A stretch of DNA of 64,000 nt from Monocercomonoides exilis PA203 (GCA_001643675.2 LSRY02000008.1:1302001-1366000), one strand, 5' to 3'. Shown: positions 31,234-45,128, numbered from the stretch's first letter. Notes: generated by a model from the letters alone, not told the origin. A program made the numbers and translations.

Positions 31234-34200
31234 CCCTACTCTCGCCTCAAACCACCAGCCCTATCCTCTTCATCTCAACCGATGAGTTTTACAACTCCCC
31301 ACAACAAACTTTTCATCTTCTTCCCTTTTTCACACTCTTCTTCAAATGTTCCTCAAAAAATCATTTCCCTTACTCTCTTTCATCTCATTTCTCTTATTTT
31401 CTTCCTTCATTCCTCTTCATTCCTCTTCATTCCTCTTCATTCCTCTTCATTCCTCTTCATTCCTCTTCATTCCTCTTCATTCCTCTTCATTGAATTTTCT
31501 CTTTCAGTTTTTATGCTAACAAATATCTCTTCTCCATAATTCTTCTTCTCGATTTTATGTTGTGCATATAATTCAGCCATATCACCAATTTCATTCCCTC
31601 TCTTCTGTCTCTTCACCTCCTTGTCTTCAAATCGTTGCATAAATCTTCAAATCTCTTCTCTTCCATTCATTACGTTTTACACCTCCGGCTCATTTATCTA
31701 TATTCTCAAAATTTATTATTGTCTGATTTCTGAAAAGTGCCCAAAAGCCGTCTTTCCGCGTTTCATGCTCATCTCTTGGCATTGAGTATTCCCGCAAAAC
31801 TTCTTATTTCTTGCAACAACAAATTGTCATTTGAAAAAATCGGATTTGAAAAAAAAAAAAGAGAGAGAAAGAAAGTAATTACGCTCGTTAATAATTACCT
31901 CAAATATTGCAACTATCTTTTCGACACACCAAATCAATCTTCTCCTTATTCTTCTTTTGTTAAATATTCGTCTGAATGGAAAATTTTGGAAAAAGTTCTG
32001 GCACCTTTGTTCATTACTCAGCTGCAGATGTGTTCAACTAGCTGTGCGGCCCTTGTTCTGTTGCCTAAGCCTTGCCTTAAATTGAAGAACCTGCCAAAAT
32101 TGCAAGTTTGCTCTTTATGGATTTCTCTGCTAACATTTGAAATCAGATCTTCAATAAAGTTTGTTGTTCATCATTATTTTTTTTTCCCCTTTTTTCCTTT
32201 TTTTCTTTCTTTTTGATGTTTATTTCTGAAGTCTGAGCGAATGGGTTATTGTTAAAGAATAGCGTTTGATCAAAATTGCAGGAATCACCAATTATCGCCA
32301 GGTGTATTGCATTCTGAGTCATTTAGCCTTTCGCGCTGTTAGGATTTGCTCGTTGGAATGTTTATGATGAGAAAGAATAATTATTAAAAATATGATGTTG
32401 TGGATGGAATACCTTTTTCTTTGCGTTTCTTTCATGTGAAGAACTCCAAATGAAATAGAAAGGTCATGAAGGAGGATTGATTGAAGAAGTTGTGATGAAG
32501 CGAGAAAAGAATAAAAAAATGAAAGACAGCAATGTGATTATGCCATGTGTTTTCATGGACATTTTTCCGCTGTAATTTGCATGAAGAAGAGATTATCGGA
32601 TTGATTGAGCATGCGACTCTGGCATGCAAAAAGGCGAAGCATTTGAATTCTGTCAATGTTATATTTTTCTATTCCACACCATTATTTCGCATTCTGAATA
32701 GCTTTTCTGTTTTTCATCTTGCCTCTTTTCTATATCTTTTTTCATCATTATGCACCGCATTCGAAATTGCATCAGTTTTGTTTCAAATGTGTTCCGTTTT
32801 TTAAATGATGCATATACTTCAAAAACTGCACATGACTTGTTTGTCAAAGTTATTTTTACAAAATGATATTCTTGCTCTTTTTATTCAGCAGATATTATTG
32901 GTTGCTCTGCGAAATGGAAAAGTGAACAACGAACAGAAATTTCCAAGCCACATCAAAAACATAAAAAATATTTCAAAACATAGAAATTTGTTTTTCAAGA
33001 AAAACACGAATTCTTGTCTCCAAGAATAATCCCGGATCTTCTTTCACCTTTCATTCATTTATGCCAGTATGTTGATTTGCTTCATCAAAAAACAGTTTTC
33101 TCTTCAACCATTCCTGCTCCGCACTTCATCGTGTTCCGCCTTTCCCTTTTGCGTTTGACTCAAAGCGCTGTTGACGGCTCTCCCTTGAATCAAGTCATCT
33201 GTGCTCCTCGCCTCATCGCTCGCCATCATTTCAAACAGCTCAATGATATCCTTTGCCAGATTTCTGTTGTTTCCGCTTGATGCTCTGTGCAGTCTCACAA
33301 AGACATGTCATCAGATGCTCATTCTTCCTCTCTTCCTTTCTTCATTAATCGATTTCTCAAACCTTATGCTCGACAAATAGATCAGATTGAACTGAAAATG
33401 AATCATTTTTTTTTCTCAAGCCCAAATGCACAGCGTGCTTCTCCAACAACATCGTGTTGTCCAATGACATCTTATTATCGCCTGCCATTTTGCCCATTCC
33501 ATTCAACAGTTCTTCTGAAAATGTCAAATTGCATCTCTCTTTCTCTCGTGTCTTCCCCCTTTTTCACCCTGTGTCTCAGCATCGCCCCAGTTTCCCGAAT
33601 AATCCTGTCATATCAGCTGAAAAATCTGAAATGCTCATCAAATATCGAATTAGCCTCATGGCACACAAACCCAGAAGCATCTGCCTCTTTTGCATCTCCA
33701 TGCTTCCCCTGATTCAACACCATCTGATAATTGAGCTTGCAGGGATTTTGAAATTAACAACTGCCAAGCAGCAGACAGAAAGCAATTGCAAGCTCAAACA
33801 ACAACAGTCATTCAAACTCCGTTGCCTCTGCTGCTCAACTTGCTTCAAAAACGAAAGGCCAACAAAAAAAGATAGAAAGTGGTTGCTAATGAATGGCAAA
33901 AATAAAATGAAATACACATGCATTGCATTTTCCAAAAAAATATTTCACAAGTTGCCAATTCATAACGAAAATCCTTTATAATTATGTTTCAATTTTTATC
34001 TTTGATTTCAGACTTCACAAGGAACATCAATCTTATGAAAATACTCGGATGTTCTGGAATCTGTCAGCCACAGACTTTGTTTCACTCCAAATTTTATCAG
34101 TTCCAATATATTCCAATAATTATGGCTTGTTGATGTGCAGAGAGTCTGTTTGTTAAAAAACTTGTTTTAACAACAGTTTTGAAGGATTTAAGTATGTATC

Positions 34201-35312
34201 ATGATCAAGACATTCGGAATATTTTGATGGCCGCAACGCTGTTTGCAGTGTGAAGCGGGATGTGATGGGGTGAAATGTGTTTGTGTGTGTTTGTTGTTTT
34301 CATGGTTGTTGCTCATGCTGTGCCTGCTTTTGGAAATGGCATCGTATTTTTATGTTGTTTGAAGAACTGCAGAACGAGGACATATTTGAGGAGGAATGTG
34401 CTTTATATCGATGGGTGCGGCAACTGACCAGGGACAACGAAAAGCAAGGAAAGCTGTGACGGGGTTGGAGGACGATCAATATGATGCTTGTTGGTTTGAA
34501 AGGAGAAAAGATAAATCATTATTATTATTTTGGCTGAGAGCTGAGATATCCCAAAGCAAATTGTGAGGATGCCATTTGCTCGCGATCTGTGGAGACATGA
34601 GCATCAATGATTTTCTGCAGTTCGTGGTGTTGACAGATGCCTCTGTTCGCAATCTGATTTTATGGAAAATACAACAATATTCTATCAAAAACACAGATTA
34701 TTGAGTTGGTTCACAATGAGAAAATTATCAATTGGCTGGTTGGGAAAAAATAGAAGTGGGGTGCTTTGCAGCTGCGAGTGTCAGGTGGCTGGCCACAGTG
34801 TTTTGGATGCCTTGCAATTGGCTGCGAAGCTCGATTAATGGATGATAGCTGCAGAAAAATCTGACGGGCTGACAACAGCATCGCAAAGGCAGGGGGAACA
34901 ACATATTTTTAGAGGGAAAGGGAACGCATCTGTGAGAGAAATGTGCAAGAATGTTATTTGCTATGAGAAGATAAATGGGGATGGAAATTGAGAGCCATGA
35001 AGTGGAGGCTGATTTCGTATTGGAACAGAAAGGGACAAGCAATATTTCCTCTGAACAAGTTCTGAATTTGTTTGAGGAGAGTGGAGGAAGGGAAACGGGG
35101 GTTGAGGGAGCAGAACACAAATTTTGGGAGAAATTCTGATGAGAGGTGTGTTTTGAGTGAGTTATATGTATATTGAGAGAGAGAGAGAGAGAGAGAGAAA
35201 TAGAAAAATAGAAATAAAAAATTTGAGGGGTTGAATGACCTGTGAGCAATGGCGTGTGGAAAGAGGGGAAGGAGAAAGAGTGTTTTCACTGGAAAAGGAA
35301 AGGGATGAGAGG

Positions 35313-35348
<36 letters not shown>

Positions 35349-36121
35349 GAGGAAGAAGAAGAAGAAGAGAGTTAAAAAAGGAGGGTGTTTGATTGAGATG
35401 GAAAAGAATGATGGAAATGTCTCTCTTTTTTTGGGAGTTCATTTTTTGTCAATCACATCCCAAAAAATGAGAAGAGATGAGACACAGAAGATTGTGTGTG
35501 AAGGGCAGCTTGGGAGATTGGCAAACAAGAGAAATCAAAGAGAAAGGAGGGGAGGAAAAGGGAAGATTATATCAAATTTCTAACTTCTTCTTCTTCTTCT
35601 TCACCTTCCTCAAATGACATACAGATCTTCATGTTTTTCATTTCTTCACCAAATATGCTTCTTTCACACATTTCTCCTCATTCAATTTAAAATTTTTTTG
35701 AATGGTGTGGAAGAAAATATGAATATCTCTCTATCAATTTTTTTATTTTATTTATTTATATCAAATCTATATTTGATAATTTCTCATTTATTTCAACAGG
35801 TTCACAAAACAGGCACTTATTTTTCAACACTTTTCTTTCAAATAGTGTAATTATTTTTATCAAAAATTTAAATGCTTTCTTTCAGAAAAAATGGGAAACA
35901 TCAGGAAGGAAAACATAAATGAAAATAATCATTATTAAAGAATCTTATCTCCAAATGATGTTGGAGTTCAAATGCTCAAAATGAGTGAAAGATGCAATTG
36001 GGGTTGATTTCTTTTTAATTAAAGTGCATAAGCACCTTTATTATCAAGAAAGTGTTTCATCAATTCCTTCTCTCTTTTTGAGAGACGCCACAATCTATGG
36101 GTCAGTTGCCACATTTGATCA

Positions 36122-36714
36122 ATGATGTCTGCTTCGCAATTCCCTCCGATTGTTGGACTTACACCGTCGGCTGATTCTGCAATGCAGCACAGTGGGGCGC
36201 AAAGCCAACCAGGGACCTTGTCACAACCTAACATTTTCTTTTCCAGGCGATAAAAGCTGCGCTCATAGGTTTAGCCGAGATACCGACTTCAAGTGAAGGT
36301 GCAAAACAAAGGCTTGCTGACATCTTGATAATGATTACCAGGGCTCTTCAAGAGGCACGAACGGTTCGAATTCAAGGCAGGTTTGGTTTCAGGGCTGCCA
36401 CAGCGATGAGCACAGACGCTTCTTCAGGAATTCTCACAGAGAGACAGGAATTGATTCTCAAAGAAACAAGGCAGGAAGCCAAGCTAGAGAGAGGCTTCCA
36501 GAGACCAGCACTTCCTATTACACGTGTTCAGGCTTCTGTTAGAGAACAACCAGGAACACTTCAAAGAAGATTTCGTTATCCCATTTCTCACTCAAATACA
36601 CGGTTTTTTCGGAGATACCCCCGGTCCTCAGCCCCCACAAGAAGACAGCAATTCGGAAGAAGGAGGAACCAGAGCAGTTGGAGCAGGAGACCAGGGGTGC
36701 GTAAACAATTTTAG
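36122..36714 (+). pseudogene. DIRS gag-like ORF (same frame break as copy 1)
   Basis: Mirror of 3738-4330. Confidence 0.6.
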
Positions 36715-36767
36715 GTCCAGTTCACAAGGAAACAGAGCAGAGGAGGCACATTGGAGGGAGAACCGCT

Positions 36768-38648
36768 TTGTTACTCTCAGCATGGAAGCGAATCGGAGGA
36801 GAGAAATTGATAAGCAATGGAGTGCAGGCTATGTGGAAAAGCAAGCAGTCCAGGAAAGCTCTCAGCAGAGCCCAGTTCAGAGATGGAGCGTGTCTTCTCA
36901 ACCAACAAAAGATCGAGGAATTCAAGAAAATATTAGAAGAACAGTTACGAACAGGAGTTGTTATCCCAATGGAGCAGAGGAAGGTCAAACACAGAAACAA
37001 TGTATTTCTCATTCAAAAGAAGTCAGGCAGCTGGAGACAGATTCTCGATTGTCGGAAACTAAACGCAGCAGTGAAGAGAACACATTTCAAGTGCGACGGA
37101 GAAAAAACAGTAGAACGACTTATAAGACGGAAAGATTACGCAGTGTCCCTAGACTTGGAACAAGCTTATTATTTAATTCCAGTTTCAAGAGAACAAATTC
37201 CTTATCTTGCTTTCAGATTCATGGGAAAAGACTACTCCTTCAAAAACATGCCTTTCGGCTTTGTGGATGCACCGCGCCTGTTCACACATATAATGAGGAA
37301 GGTGACAGCGGAGATAAGAAGAAGATGGGATGTCAGAGTCGTTGCCTATTTGGACGATCTTCTTTTTCTGCATCAAGATCAAGAAGTCTTGAAGAAAATA
37401 ATTCAGGAAATCATCTCGTTTCTAGAAAGCCTTGGCCTTCTGATAAACAAAAAGAAATGCAACCTCATGCCGAGTTCGCAGTTCAGCTTCCTTAGATTCG
37501 AATGGAATACAACCAGCTTCGATGTGTGTCTAACGGAGGAAAGAAGAAAGGTAGTGCGAGAGCTGTGTCACAAGTGGGAGAGAAGGTGTTTAAGAGCCAA
37601 GACCGTCAGAGTGAAGGATTTCGCATCATTCGTGGGAAAGCTCAGTGCAACGCGCTTCGTTCTTTCAGACGCATCTTTACACCTCCAATCCATCTACAAA
37701 TTGTTGCAGAAAGGAGTTACGACAGGCGGATTGGATGGAATGATGAAGCTGAATGCGTCAATCCTCCTGCAGATAAGAAAATGGAGATGGATGTTGATGA
37801 AGAACCCCAGACGCAGACTAACTCCAGTGTTTATTCCAGAAGCAGTGCTAACCACAGATGCATCAGAAAGCTCCTGGGGAGCAACCCTCAGACTAAACAG
37901 AATGTCACTAGATTGTCACAGTCGTTTTCCATTCGCTGTGAAAAACCAATCATCCAACTTCAGAGAACTAAAAGCTGTGGAACTTGCCCTAACACATTTT
38001 GCACCAATCCTAGCAGAGAATCGGATTTCACAGTTGCAACTTCGTTCAGACAACTCAGCAGTTGTTTTCAACGTGAACAGATGGAATGCAGGAAGGAATC
38101 TCCGTCAAACACTCAAAAGGATATGGACATTGAAGGAGAAACTGAAGATAGTCCTGAGAGCAGTTCATCTCCCCGGATTGCGAAACACAAGAGCAGATGC
38201 TTTGTCCCGCCTGGAAAGAGCAGGAGACTACAGCATTGCAGACAGCGAGCTCAAAGAAATCTTGTCTGTTCTTCAAGTTACTCCAACGCTGGACGCCTTT
38301 GCAGCTCAGCACAACCACAAGGTCGATCGTTGGTGCGGAATTGGAAGCCCATTGGGAGAAGACGGTCTAGCATATCCATGGAAGAACGAGTGCGTTCTGG
38401 CACACCCCCCAGTTCCCCTGATTCCAATGACGATTCGGAAGGCACAGAAGGAGAGAGTACCAGTAGTATTACTCCTGCCGAACTGGAGGGGGCAGAACTG
38501 GGATGTGCTTTTGGAGAAGACGCCTCATCGGACATTCGAATGGAGGAGTCTGAGAACAGTACTGAGAAAGGGTCCATCAATGGCAAGCACAGGTGCATGT
38601 CTTCCTCCAGGCAAGTTAAGAGTCATATTGATCAATCCACAGAGTTAA
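36768..38648 (+). CDS. DIRS RT-RNase H-MT-like ORF, uninterrupted (626 aa; frame open upstream through IGGR at 36750)
   Basis: YLDD motif, RNase H D-E-D-D residues and MT-like C-terminus. Confidence 0.93.
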   Translation: MLLSAWKRIGGEKLISNGVQAMWKSKQSRKALSRAQFRDGACLLNQQKIEEFKKILEEQLRTGVVIPMEQRKVKHRNNVFLIQKKSGSWRQILDCRKLNAAVKRTHFKCDGEKTVERLIRRKDYAVSLDLEQAYYLIPVSREQIPYLAFRFMGKDYSFKNMPFGFVDAPRLFTHIMRKVTAEIRRRWDVRVVAYLDDLLFLHQDQEVLKKIIQEIISFLESLGLLINKKKCNLMPSSQFSFLRFEWNTTSFDVCLTEERRKVVRELCHKWERRCLRAKTVRVKDFASFVGKLSATRFVLSDASLHLQSIYKLLQKGVTTGGLDGMMKLNASILLQIRKWRWMLMKNPRRRLTPVFIPEAVLTTDASESSWGATLRLNRMSLDCHSRFPFAVKNQSSNFRELKAVELALTHFAPILAENRISQLQLRSDNSAVVFNVNRWNAGRNLRQTLKRIWTLKEKLKIVLRAVHLPGLRNTRADALSRLERAGDYSIADSELKEILSVLQVTPTLDAFAAQHNHKVDRWCGIGSPLGEDGLAYPWKNECVLAHPPVPLIPMTIRKAQKERVPVVLLLPNWRGQNWDVLLEKTPHRTFEWRSLRTVLRKGPSMASTGACLPPGKLRVILINPQS

Positions 38649-38673
38649 AGGCGAGAGCTGGTGGAGAAGGGCT

Positions 38674-39971
38674 TTGGAAGAAAGATCTTTCCCATTTTCA
38701 TTGGCAGAGGAGTGCATATCGGGAATTGCTCAGTCGACGTGGGATGGATATTTATTCGGCTTCGCACACTTTGGAGAACAGTGGGAAAAGAGTGATATGG
38801 GCATAATTCAAGAGGATATTCACGAGTGGGCAGCTCGATGTTCCAGTATATTTATTACACTTAGAGACAATGGAATGAAGCTGTCATGTTTGCAGCTCGT
38901 TCGCTCAGCAGTTTCATTTTTCACAAGCTTGGTTTACAACACAAATTTAGGGGATATTCCGATAATAAAAATATTGTTTAGAGGGTTTAGAAGAACAGAG
39001 AGGACAAGAAAAAAGAAGGTCCAAGAAATTTGGAATCCGAAGACCATTCTGACATTCTTTTCTAAGCTTGGAGAAAATCAAAGCTTGAGTTTCAAACATC
39101 TAACAATGAAAGCCATTGTGCTCACCATGTTATTCACTGCGTGCAGGTTAACAGAGTTGGAAAGAGTAGATATGGAACGATCCAGATTCGAGCAAGAAGG
39201 AATATATCTAGACACAAGGCTAAAAACATCTCTTAATCGAACAGAGTATGCTGTTCCTTTTTTAAATGAAAACCCTTCAATTTGCCCAGCTTCGGCCATT
39301 CAAGTTTTGTGGGAAGAGATAAAGAAAAGAAAACCAGATGGAAATAAATTGTTTTTAAATACCGAAACTTTTTATCCTCTTGCAGTGAAAAGTATTAGAC
39401 GATTGGCAAAGGAGACGTTGAAGGAAGCAGGAATTCCAGGCCATTTCACTCCTTATTCAATAAAGGCTGCAACGCTTTCAACGCTAACGATGTCTGGAAT
39501 TCCACCAACTCAGATTGCGAAGTTTGCCAGTCTTTCCACTAGAACAGACACTTTGGTGAAACATAATGTGAAGGCCAGTCTTGCTTCAACCTTGGGGAAA
39601 GTGATTGCCTCAACCATGAATGTTCCCTATGAAGAATTAGCAACAAATCTGTCTGCTGAAGAGGTGTCAAGACGTGCATCAGACCAGAAAGAGACCAGAA
39701 GAACAAAAAGGAGAGACGAGCAATGGAATCTGGTATGGTACTGAGGGATAAGAAGCGCCTGATGAAGCCATGTTTGAGTGAGGAAGAAGCTAAAAATTCT
39801 GTTGAATTCCCTTCTAGAGTAGACGAGTTTGATGAGGAGATGGAGGAACAGAAGTCACTTGGAGAACAATTCATTATTCGAACAAGATCACAAGCAAAAA
39901 AGGAGGAAGAGAGCAACAACGCAAAGAAGACGCACACTGAGGTAGTAATGATGGCTTCATCATCCAACTAA
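38674..39971 (+). pseudogene. DIRS tyrosine recombinase, copy 2; 1-nt deletion near 39662 frameshifts the C-terminal tail
   Basis: YR motifs as in copy 1. Reads gct gaa ga- ggt gtc versus gca gaa aat ggt gtc in copy 1. Confidence 0.85.
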
Positions 39972-42600
39972 TTGATTCTCTCAAACAAGAGAAGGAATTG
40001 ATGAAACACTTTCTTGATAATTAAGGTGCTTATGCACTTTAATTAAAAAAGAAAGTGGAGAATCAATTCCTTCTCTTTGCCCACCACCGTTTTCACTCCC
40101 ACCCTTTGATGTTCTGTTTTCAAAACTGTTCGTGTTTTTTGCAGTTCCTTCTCTTTGCGCCTTTTGGTTTTATAAGCGAAAAGTGGTTTTTATCCAATTC
40201 ACCAAAACATACAAATGGGCGACTGACCCATAGATTGTGGAGTCTCTCAAACAAGAGAAGGAATTGATTCTCCACTTTCTTTTTTAAAATTTTTGAATGA
40301 ATATGATTGGAAGACAAAGAGAAAGAAAGAACCAAAAGACTAAATAAAACACAAAAAATCAACAAAAATAAAAAATCATTCCAAATTATTTTGAAACAGA
40401 TGAAAAACAGAACAATTCAAAGATAGTTGGTTTTGTTCAGAAAATTGTCATTTTCTTTTGATGAAAAAAAGTCAGTGAAGAGATAATACGAAAATTCTCA
40501 TCAAAATTTTCATGGGTGATTATTGTTGAAATCATATGTTAATTTAAAAATGAAGACAGCCGGACAGTTTCAAATAAAAAAATGTATTTATTAAAAAAGA
40601 AATGTTCAACACATTGATGTTTATTAATAATGACAATATGAGAGACAAAAGAAAGACACTGAATCGAAAAAGTGCCATCATCTCTATTTTTATTCATTTC
40701 TTTCACAGAATGATGAATTTGCAAATTGATAAATTCAAGGTGGGAAAAATGATTTCAAAAAGAATCACCCATTATTTGGTTGTGGAAATTGTTACAATTC
40801 ACCCACAGTTGAAAAACACTTTGTTGTGAATAATCTCCATTAACAATAATGATGGAATAAAAAATCATATGAAATCTTGTATTTTTAAAATCGATTTTTC
40901 CTATATTTAAAGTGAAAATGAGAAAAGATGAAATATTTTTTTGTAATTTCATTCCACAGAAAGGTTTGAAAAACCGGATTTGTGAAACTCGATTTGAATT
41001 AATAATAAATTATAATTCAATTTTTTCAATCATGAATGTTTTTTCTTTAGAATTTGAGTTTTATCATTTATTCTTCATGTTACAAATTTTTTCGAAAATG
41101 CACAAGAAATATTAATTATTTTCAAAAAATTCATTTTTCTCAACATTAACATTATTTTTAATTTATCGAACGTTGAAAATGTTCAAATCATTTTATCGAT
41201 TTTTTCATTCATATAATCGAAACTTTGATAATAAAAAAAGAAATACTTTTTATCAAAAAAGAGAAAAAGAAAAATACAATATGCAAATTTTAAACCAACG
41301 AGAATTGAGACCGCATTTTGTTCAGTGATTGTGAAATAGTTTCTCAAAAATTTTGACATTTTTGCAGAATATATTATAACTTGAAAATCCTTTTTTAGAA
41401 TAAAATAACTTCAATTGAAAATCCCTTCAATGAAATATTCAAATATTTGTTCGTTTTCATTTTCGTCAATGTCGATCTTTCCACAATTACACTTTTTGAT
41501 ATTAATGAAAAAACTTATTTGAAAAAATATTGTTGAAATTGGCTTGGAAAAAAAAATACAAAACAGAAAAGAAATGACGAGAAATGCTGTTTGATTTAAT
41601 TTTGAATGAACGATATCTTCAAATTAATCAAAAATAAAAATTTGTCAAAATTATTGATAACTTAACATTTTTTTGCAATTTGAAATTGATCAACATTTTT
41701 GTTTTTTTCAAAAATCACTTTCCATATATTGATCCATTTGAGAAAAAATGAACTAATATTTGAACTGAAAAAAAAATCAGAACAAGATTATAACAAATTT
41801 GTGTTTTGAAACAAATTCGCAGAAATTCAACAAGAATGAGTTAACGTCATTGAAGACTATGTTATCAATAAAGATAATTCACATTAAAAACCAACTGATA
41901 CTTATTCTTGCCCTTTGAAATAAAAGGACTTCTCAATGATAAAAATAATTGAAATGAGTTTGAGCCACAATATGAATTTTCAATGAAAACAATTATTGTT
42001 TCATTGATAAAAATATTAAGAAATTATTTTTATTTTGAAAATTCTTCAACAAAACTGTCTTTTTCTTTTTCTTTTTCTTTTTTCTTCATCAAAAAGAATT
42101 TTGTGTTTTATTCTTTGAAACATAATAAAATCAATTATGAACTTTCTAATTGAAATCATTTTCTCATGAAAAGAAATTAAATACAGCCTTTTCTTTCAAA
42201 ATTTGTTAATTTTGGTTATTACGTATCTTACCAGATTTTCTAATTTTCAAGGATTAAGATTTGATTGATTAATAAGATTTCGTTAATCTCAACTCATTTG
42301 TTTCATTTCTTTTTCAAAATATTTCAAACTTTCCAATATGGAAAATTTTGCAATTCAATAATATGTTTCATATTTTTATTTGAAAATTTCATTTCATCAT
42401 GAAAAATGTTTGCATTTTTGTAAAATTATTTTGATATTTCGCAAAAAATCAAATAATTATCGTTAAATGATGAAAACATGTATTTGAACACAAAACCAAA
42501 CAAAATATAAAAATATCAAAAAAAAAAATCTTACAAATAACATGCAACTTTTTTGACATCATCTTTCTCCATTTCTCATTTGACAAATTTGCTTCTAAAC

Positions 42601-44037
42601 TCAAGTGAAAATATTTTTTCTTTCATAAAATACAACAACAACACTAGGCGAAGTTCCCGCAGCTGAGTTGCAATCAATCTTCAGCTTTCTCATCCCCAGA
42701 CGACCTGTTGACACACTGAATAGCGTTCTTATCGATGAAAGTGCCCCTGTTCCAATCAAACTCTTATCTTTGCCTTTCCCAATAACTGAAATCTTCTTTG
42801 TCTCAATATTAATAGTTGTTGTCTCGCTCGTGTGATCCCCGCCCATCAGTGTGACTGACAGGCTCACCTGGATCACGCTCTTTTCAACTGCAACATCAAT
42901 GGTTCTACATGCATATGATTCATTCGCCCCACAAAACTCTTCTGCGTTTCCTCCACTCACAGCCACAAATCGATTTAAAATTCCTCTCTTCAGCCAATCC
43001 ATTTTCATTGTTTGATCATACACCCAACTCCCCGAATTTGATGCATTGTATGCGTAGCACACTCTCTTGTCATCTGTATTTGTGGTGTAACATTCATGGA
43101 ACGGATTTCCTGATTCCAAATAAAGATTAAAGTAATCATAATACATCACATCATGACCATATGGAGTGGATGTAATCCTGCACTTGCATTCATGAAAGAA
43201 AAGGAAAAAGCAATAAATCCCATCACCTGGTGGTGTTGGTTCATTCGGATCAAAGCTTAGCCCTCCACCATACGATGAAGCATTACATGAAATAAACCTG
43301 ATATTTCTCATTTTAAATTGAACAGGAGCATTATAACAACGCATTCCTCCACCTTGTGTATTTGAAACTGAGCATGAAGTGAAACTGCAGTCAAACACAC
43401 ACGCACTTTCCCCTCCTTCATTTTCTGCTTCAATACATCCTGTTCCTGAAACCTGAAAATTTTCAAGAAGAAGTCCTCCTCCAGCGCCATTTGCTTTGCA
43501 ATTCTGGAATTCACATCCGCTGATCCGAGCACACGTTGAAATCGAATAAGCATGAATTCCGCCACCTGTATTTGCTTGTGCTGTGCAGCTGCTGAATGTG
43601 CTGTTCTCACACACAATTGTCTTGATTGCATGGCAAAATACACCTCCCCCATATGCGTCGGAATAGCAGCTGTTGAACTTGCAAAACAAAATAGACAATA
43701 CTCCTTCTCCTAAATTGAACATGCATATCGCTCCCCCGCTCGATGTACCATCATCCCATGAATCGCCTTTTCCCGCTGTTTTTGACCCATCCCATTCACA
43801 CCAAATAAATGAGTTTGCTCCATTGAATGTTTCATTCTGTCTTCCTGGTTGTTTCTTATTTCCTGAAGTTCCAATATATTCAACATTTCTTGTTCTGCAA
43901 CACCCAATAAATGAGGTGTTTGAGGCTGTCAAAGAGACCAAGGTGTTGTTGAGGGAATGAACAATTCCGCCATCATATGCATCACAAACAGACGAAAAGG
44001 AGCAACTATTCATCAAACATGATGTTTGGGTTGACAT
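42601..44037 (-). CDS. Beta-helix family member D (478 aa, mosaic)
   Basis: Same motif set. The 5' block matches member F and the cap block matches members A. Confidence 0.75.
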   Translation of the reverse strand: MSTQTSCLMNSCSFSSVCDAYDGGIVHSLNNTLVSLTASNTSFIGCCRTRNVEYIGTSGNKKQPGRQNETFNGANSFIWCEWDGSKTAGKGDSWDDGTSSGGAICMFNLGEGVLSILFCKFNSCYSDAYGGGVFCHAIKTIVCENSTFSSCTAQANTGGGIHAYSISTCARISGCEFQNCKANGAGGGLLLENFQVSGTGCIEAENEGGESACVFDCSFTSCSVSNTQGGGMRCYNAPVQFKMRNIRFISCNASSYGGGLSFDPNEPTPPGDGIYCFFLFFHECKCRITSTPYGHDVMYYDYFNLYLESGNPFHECYTTNTDDKRVCYAYNASNSGSWVYDQTMKMDWLKRGILNRFVAVSGGNAEEFCGANESYACRTIDVAVEKSVIQVSLSVTLMGGDHTSETTTINIETKKISVIGKGKDKSLIGTGALSSIRTLFSVSTGRLGMRKLKIDCNSAAGTSPSVVVVFYERKNIFT

Positions 44038-44530
44038 TGTGGTTGAAGGTGAGCATGCCTCATTTGCTGTTGAGATATTGAAAAAAAAATATGTTGGAAG
44101 AGAAAAATACAGAAAAAAGAGAAATGCAGTTCGCTCACTGAAGCACTTCTTTCTTTGCCTCCTTCTCTTCTCAATGATTCATGGAAAAGCGTTGCAAAAT
44201 ATCCTAATGTGGCCATATCCCTTTTCCTGCATTTTGCCCCTTCTTCATCGTCTGCTTTCCCCATATCCCTTTTTCTTCTTTTTCTCCTCAAATTCTTGTC
44301 AAATATCTTCTTCAACCATTTCTTCAATTTTCTGCTTATTCTTTTATCACATCGCCTTCTTTTCAAATCGCTGCATAGATCTTCAAATTCATCCTCTTCT
44401 ATCAATTTCGTTTATTTCCTCTTGTTCATTCATCTATATACCCTTCATTCGTCTCCTTCTGCAATCTTTCTGCTATGCGTGCACTTGCATTCGCATTGAG
44501 TATCCCAGCGATAATCATAATACCCGAAAA

Positions 44531-44580
44531 ATATAAATATAAATATAAATATAAATATAAATATAAATATAAATATAAAT
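44531..44580 (+). repeat. (ATATAA)n microsatellite
   Basis: Read directly from the sequence. Confidence 0.9.
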
Positions 44581-45057
44581 TAATTGTTATTTGAATAAAA
44601 AAATAAATAAATAAAATTGAGGTTTCAAAAAATTAAAAAAACGAAGAAAGAAAGAAAGAAAGAAAGAAAGGTATCACACACATTCAAAATATGCCTCAAA
44701 TTTGTAGCGTCTCCCTCAACTCACCAAAGAGAGATTCTTCTTCGACCTCTTCTGTTATTCCCTCATTTCCCCCATTTCAATCTCCCAACCCTCTCTTCTC
44801 CTGCCAGCTCATTCAGTCCATCCCTTCCTCTTCTGCTTCATCTCCCCCTTCTCCCTCTTCTCTTTCCCTCTCAAATCCTTTTTTACAAGACTCCAAAATA
44901 CCTCCATATCAAGTGGGGAAAAAAAAATCCAGATTATTTCCTCGGTATCACCAAATAGCTTCTCTTGTTCATGTTTCTGCTTCGCTCTCTCCAATCTCTC
45001 TTCAAAACTGTCTCCATTAATACTTTTCAACGCCTTTCTATGGCTCGTCTTCTTCAT

Positions 45058-45128
45058 CTTCCTCGTCTTCCTCGTCTTCCTCGTCTTCCTCGTCTTCCTC
45101 GTCTTCCTCGTCTTCCTCGTCTTCCTCG
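45058..45128 (+). repeat. 9-bp tandem repeat (CTTCCTCGT) x about 8 (poly-EED on the minus strand)
   Basis: Read directly from the sequence. Confidence 0.9.

Larger units (their letters stand above)
36012..40287 (+). mobile_element. DIRS-like retrotransposon, copy 2
   Basis: 5' ITR 36012-36114, gag 36122-36714, RT 36750-38648, YR 38674-39971, ICR 39971-40077, 3' ITR 40213-40287. Confidence 0.93.
20434..40451 (-). repeat. Right arm of giant palindrome 1
   Basis: Reverse complement of 1-20015 with scattered SNPs, indels and clustered patches of difference. Confidence 0.97.

Noticed and set aside
1-40451. Palindrome 1 as a pure MDA or nanopore fold-back artefact
   Set aside because: The arms differ by codon-aware substitutions, distinct nonsense mutations and diverged blocks, which a fold-back of one molecule would not produce. 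Read-level confirmation is still needed.
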